From contig CP068257.2 in the NCBI GenBank assembly GCA_009914755.4, positions 10,848,001 to 10,912,000 on the forward strand: DNA of 64,000 nt, in the 5' to 3' direction. Positions within the stretch are counted from its first letter, which is position 1; every line of letters starts with the position of its first letter. This DNA comes from the human T2T-CHM13v2.0 reference genome, Homo sapiens. Of the stretch, positions 61,113 through 64,000 are shown piece by piece. The notes under the pieces were generated by a model. It ran no database searches. It had not been told where the DNA came from and saw nothing but the letters and a program-made list of their open reading frames with translations. A program made the position numbers and the translations under genes.

Positions 61113-64000
61113 ATATATAGCATACTGTACATAAAATATCAAAGTACCCAAAATATATATTGTATACTGTACATAAAATATGAAGGTACATCGAAGATAT
61201 ATTATATTGTGTACATAAAATATCAAAGTACACCAAATATATATTATATGCTGTACATAATATATTAAAGTTGCCCAAATATATATTATATACTGTACAT
61301 AAAATATGAAGGCACATCAAATATATAGTATATGCTGCACATAAAATATCAAAGTACCCAAAGTATGTAATATATACTGTACATAACATATCAAAGTACC
61401 AAAAGTATATATTACCTACTGTAAATAAAATATGAAGGTACCACAAATATACATTATATTCTTTACATAAAATATCAAAGTACACCAAATATATACTATA
61501 TACTGTACATTCAATATTAAATTACCCACAATATGTATTGTATTGTGTACATAAAATATGAAAGTAACCAAACATTTATAATAAACTGTACATAAAATAT
61601 CAAAGTACTCAAACTGTATATTATATACTGTACATAAAGTATCAAAGTACCCAAACTGTGTAGTATACACTGTACATAAAATATCAAGGTACCCAAAATA
61701 TATATTGTAAACTGTAGATACGATATCAAATTACCCAAAATATATATTATATACTGTACATAAAATATGAAGGCACATCCAGTATATATTATATTCTGTA
61801 CATAAAATATCAAAGTACACCAAATGTATATTATATACCGTACATAAAATATAAAAGTACCCCAAGTATATATTATATACTCTACATAAAATATGAAAGT
61901 ACCCAAAATATATATTATATACTGTACATAAAATATCAAAGTACCCATAGTATGTATTATATCCTGTACATAAAATATGAAGGTACATCAAATATATATT
62001 ATATTCTGCACATAAAATATCATATTACACCAAATATATATTATATACTGTACATAAAATATGAAGGTACATCAAATGTATATTATATGCTGCACATAAA
62101 ATATCAAAGTCCCCAAAGTTTGTATTATATACTGTACATAAAATATCAAAGTATCCAAAGTGTATATTATATACTGTACATAAAATATGAAGGTACATCC
62201 GATACATATTATATTCTGTACATAAAATATCAAAGTACACCAAGTATATATTATATACTGTACATAAAATATTAAATTACCCAAAATATGTATTGTATAC
62301 TGTACATAAAATATGAAAGTAACCAAACATTTATAATAAACTGTACATAAAATATCAAAGTACTCAAACTGTATATTATATACTGTACATAATGTATCAA
62401 AGTACCAAAACTGTGTAGTATATACTGTACATAAAATATCAAGGTACCCAAAATATATATTGTAAACTGTAGATAAAATATCAAAGTACCCAAAATATAT
62501 ATTATATACTGTACATAAAATATGAAGGCACATCCAATATATATTATATTCTGTACATAAAATATCAAAGTACACCAAATGTATATTATATACTGTACAT
62601 AAAATATCAAAGTACCCAACGTGTATATTATATACTGTACACAAAATATGAAGGTTCATCAAATATATTTTATATTCTGCACATAATATATCAAAGTACA
62701 TCAAATATATATTATATACTGTACATAAAATATCAAAGTACCAAAAATATGTATTATATACTGTACATAAAATATGAAAGTAACCAAACATATATAATAA
62801 ACTGTACATAAAATATCAAAGTACTCAAACTACATATTATATACAGTATATAAAATGTCAAAGTACCCAAACTCTATATTATATACTGTACATAATATAT
62901 CAAAGTACCCGAATATATAGCATACCGTACATAAAATATCAAAGTACCCAAAGTGTGCATTATACACTGCACATAAAATATGAAGGTACATAAAATATAT
63001 ATTGTATTCTGTACATAAAATATCAAAGTACTCCAAATATATATTATATGCTGTACATAATATATTAAAGTTGCCCAAATATATATTATATACTGTACAT
63101 AAAATATGAAGGTAAATCAAATATATAGTATATGCTGCACATAAAATATCAAAGTACCCAAAGTATGTATTATATACTGTACATAAAATATCAAAGTACC
63201 CAAAGTATATATTATATACTGTACATAAAATATAAAATACCCCAAATATATATTATATGCTGTACATAAAATATCAAACTACACAAAATATTTATTATAT
63301 ACTGTACATAAAATACCAAAGGACCCAAAATATATATTATATACTGTACATAAAATATCAAAATACCCAAAATATATATTATATACTGTACATAAAATAC
63401 CAAAGTACCCAAAGTATATATTATATACCGTACAAAAAATATCAAATTAGCCAAAATATGTATTATACACTGTATATAATATATGAAAGTACCCAAACAT
63501 TTATAATAAACTGTACATAAAATATCAATGTACTCAAACTATATATTATGTGCGGTACATAAGATATCAAAGTACCCATACTATATAGTATGTACTGTAC
63601 TTAAAATATCAAAATACCCAAAATATATATTATATACGTTACATAAACTATCAAATACACAAAGTATGTATTATATACTGTACATAAAATAGCAAAGTTC
63701 CCAAAATATGTATTATATACTGTACATAAAATATGAAAGTACCCAACCATTTATAATAAACTCTACATAAAATACCAAAGTACCCAAACTGTGTATTATA
63801 TACTGTACATAAAATATCAAAGTACCCAAAATATATATTGTAAACTGTACATAAAATATCAAAGTAGCCAAAATGTATATTGTATACTGTACATAAAATA
63901 TAAAAGTACCCCAAATATATATTATATACTGTACACAAAATATCAAAGTACCCATAATACATATTATATACTGTACATAAAATATCAAAGGACCCAAAAT

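Larger units (their letters stand above)
1..64000 (+). repeat. Continuous AT-rich 42-bp tandem satellite array, about 1,500 monomers in one orientation. Probably human satellite I, family HSat1A / RepeatMasker 'SAR'.
   Basis: Read directly. The motif ctgtacataaaatatcaaagtacccaaaatatatattatat repeats head-to-tail from base 1 to base 64000 with 39-45-bp variants. The consensus monomer is about 19% GC. There are no non-repetitive stretches. Every six-frame ORF is the same periodic low-complexity peptide. The family assignment rests on recalling the 42-bp A(17)+B(25) human satellite I unit with GTAC sites, and I did not run a search. Confidence that this is a satellite is about 0.97. Confidence in the specific family is about 0.6. 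Confidence 0.9.

Noticed and set aside
1-64000. Ubiquitous TATAAAA / TATATAT 'TATA-box' matches and AATAAA 'polyadenylation signal' matches
   Set aside because: They occur once or more per 42-bp monomer purely from base composition and repeat structure. No transcription-unit context is present.
1-64000. A CRISPR-like impression from the very regular short repeats
   Set aside because: The repeats are contiguous with no unique spacers. The 42-bp units are degenerate rather than exact. No cas-like ORFs are present.
1-64000. Possible mobile-element insertion, inverted-repeat-bounded element, or an island of non-satellite DNA hiding in the array
   Set aside because: Scanning the full sequence and the ORF compositions shows no stretch that departs from the satellite motif. 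The only anomaly is the ~80-bp scar at 58.32-58.40 kb, which is itself satellite-derived.
1-64000. tRNA, rRNA or structured ncRNA genes
   Set aside because: At about 19% GC the sequence has no GC-rich stems or conserved RNA motifs, and everything is explained by the tandem repeat.
1-64000. Interpreting the window as bacterial or phage DNA carrying a novel defence or other system, as the task framing suggests
   Set aside because: The architecture is that of eukaryotic satellite heterochromatin: a 42-bp monomer, kilobase-scale higher-order repeats and nested segmental duplications. There is no operon-like gene content. I found no evidence for any protein-based system.

Overview
All 64 kb is one uninterrupted AT-rich tandem satellite array. 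The consensus monomer is about 19% GC. There are about 1,500 head-to-tail copies of a 42-bp monomer in a single orientation. Read on the + strand the monomer is ~ACTGTACATAAAATATCAAAGTACCCAAAATATATATTATAT, with 39-45-bp length variants. I see no unique sequence, no transposon insertion, no inversion, and no credible gene, RNA gene, CRISPR array or regulatory element. The window therefore does not contain a new protein-based system, and I say so plainly.

The monomer is 42 bp, which is 14 codons. Any reading frame of the monomer that lacks a stop codon therefore runs on indefinitely, and this explains every ORF in the six-frame track. The ORFs lie on both strands, overlap each other, and are periodic Y/I/L/F/T/V/C-rich repeat peptides of up to 277 aa. 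They are artefacts.

From memory, the monomer matches classical human satellite I. That family has a 17-bp 'A' subunit plus a 25-bp 'B' subunit, carries RsaI/GTAC sites, and is named 'SAR' in RepeatMasker/Dfam and HSat1A in T2T annotation. A primate pericentromeric or acrocentric-arm origin is likely, but I cannot confirm it without a search.

The interest is in the array architecture, which is not homogeneous. A ~1.2-1.9-kb core block recurs 22 times at irregular spacings of 0.92, 1.38, 2.3, 2.76, 3.01, 3.31, 3.44, 4.06 and 5.49 kb. This indicates a polymorphic higher-order repeat with monomer-multiple indels. Several younger, near-identical duplications are superimposed on it:
- a perfect threefold tandem repeat of a 532-bp block at about 15.24-16.84 kb;
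- a two-copy tandem duplication of a 4,684-bp higher-order repeat at about 25.88-35.25 kb;
- a ~3.9-kb segment copied 25.78 kb away, at 25.3-29.2 kb and 51.1-55.0 kb;
- a ~5-kb segment copied ~10.34-10.38 kb away, at 45.7-50.8 kb and 56.1-61.1 kb. The second copy carries a one-monomer deletion and a micro-inversion-like lesion at about 58.33-58.39 kb.
- The first 1.39 kb of the window recurs almost exactly at 29.2, 33.9, 48.7 and 59.0 kb.
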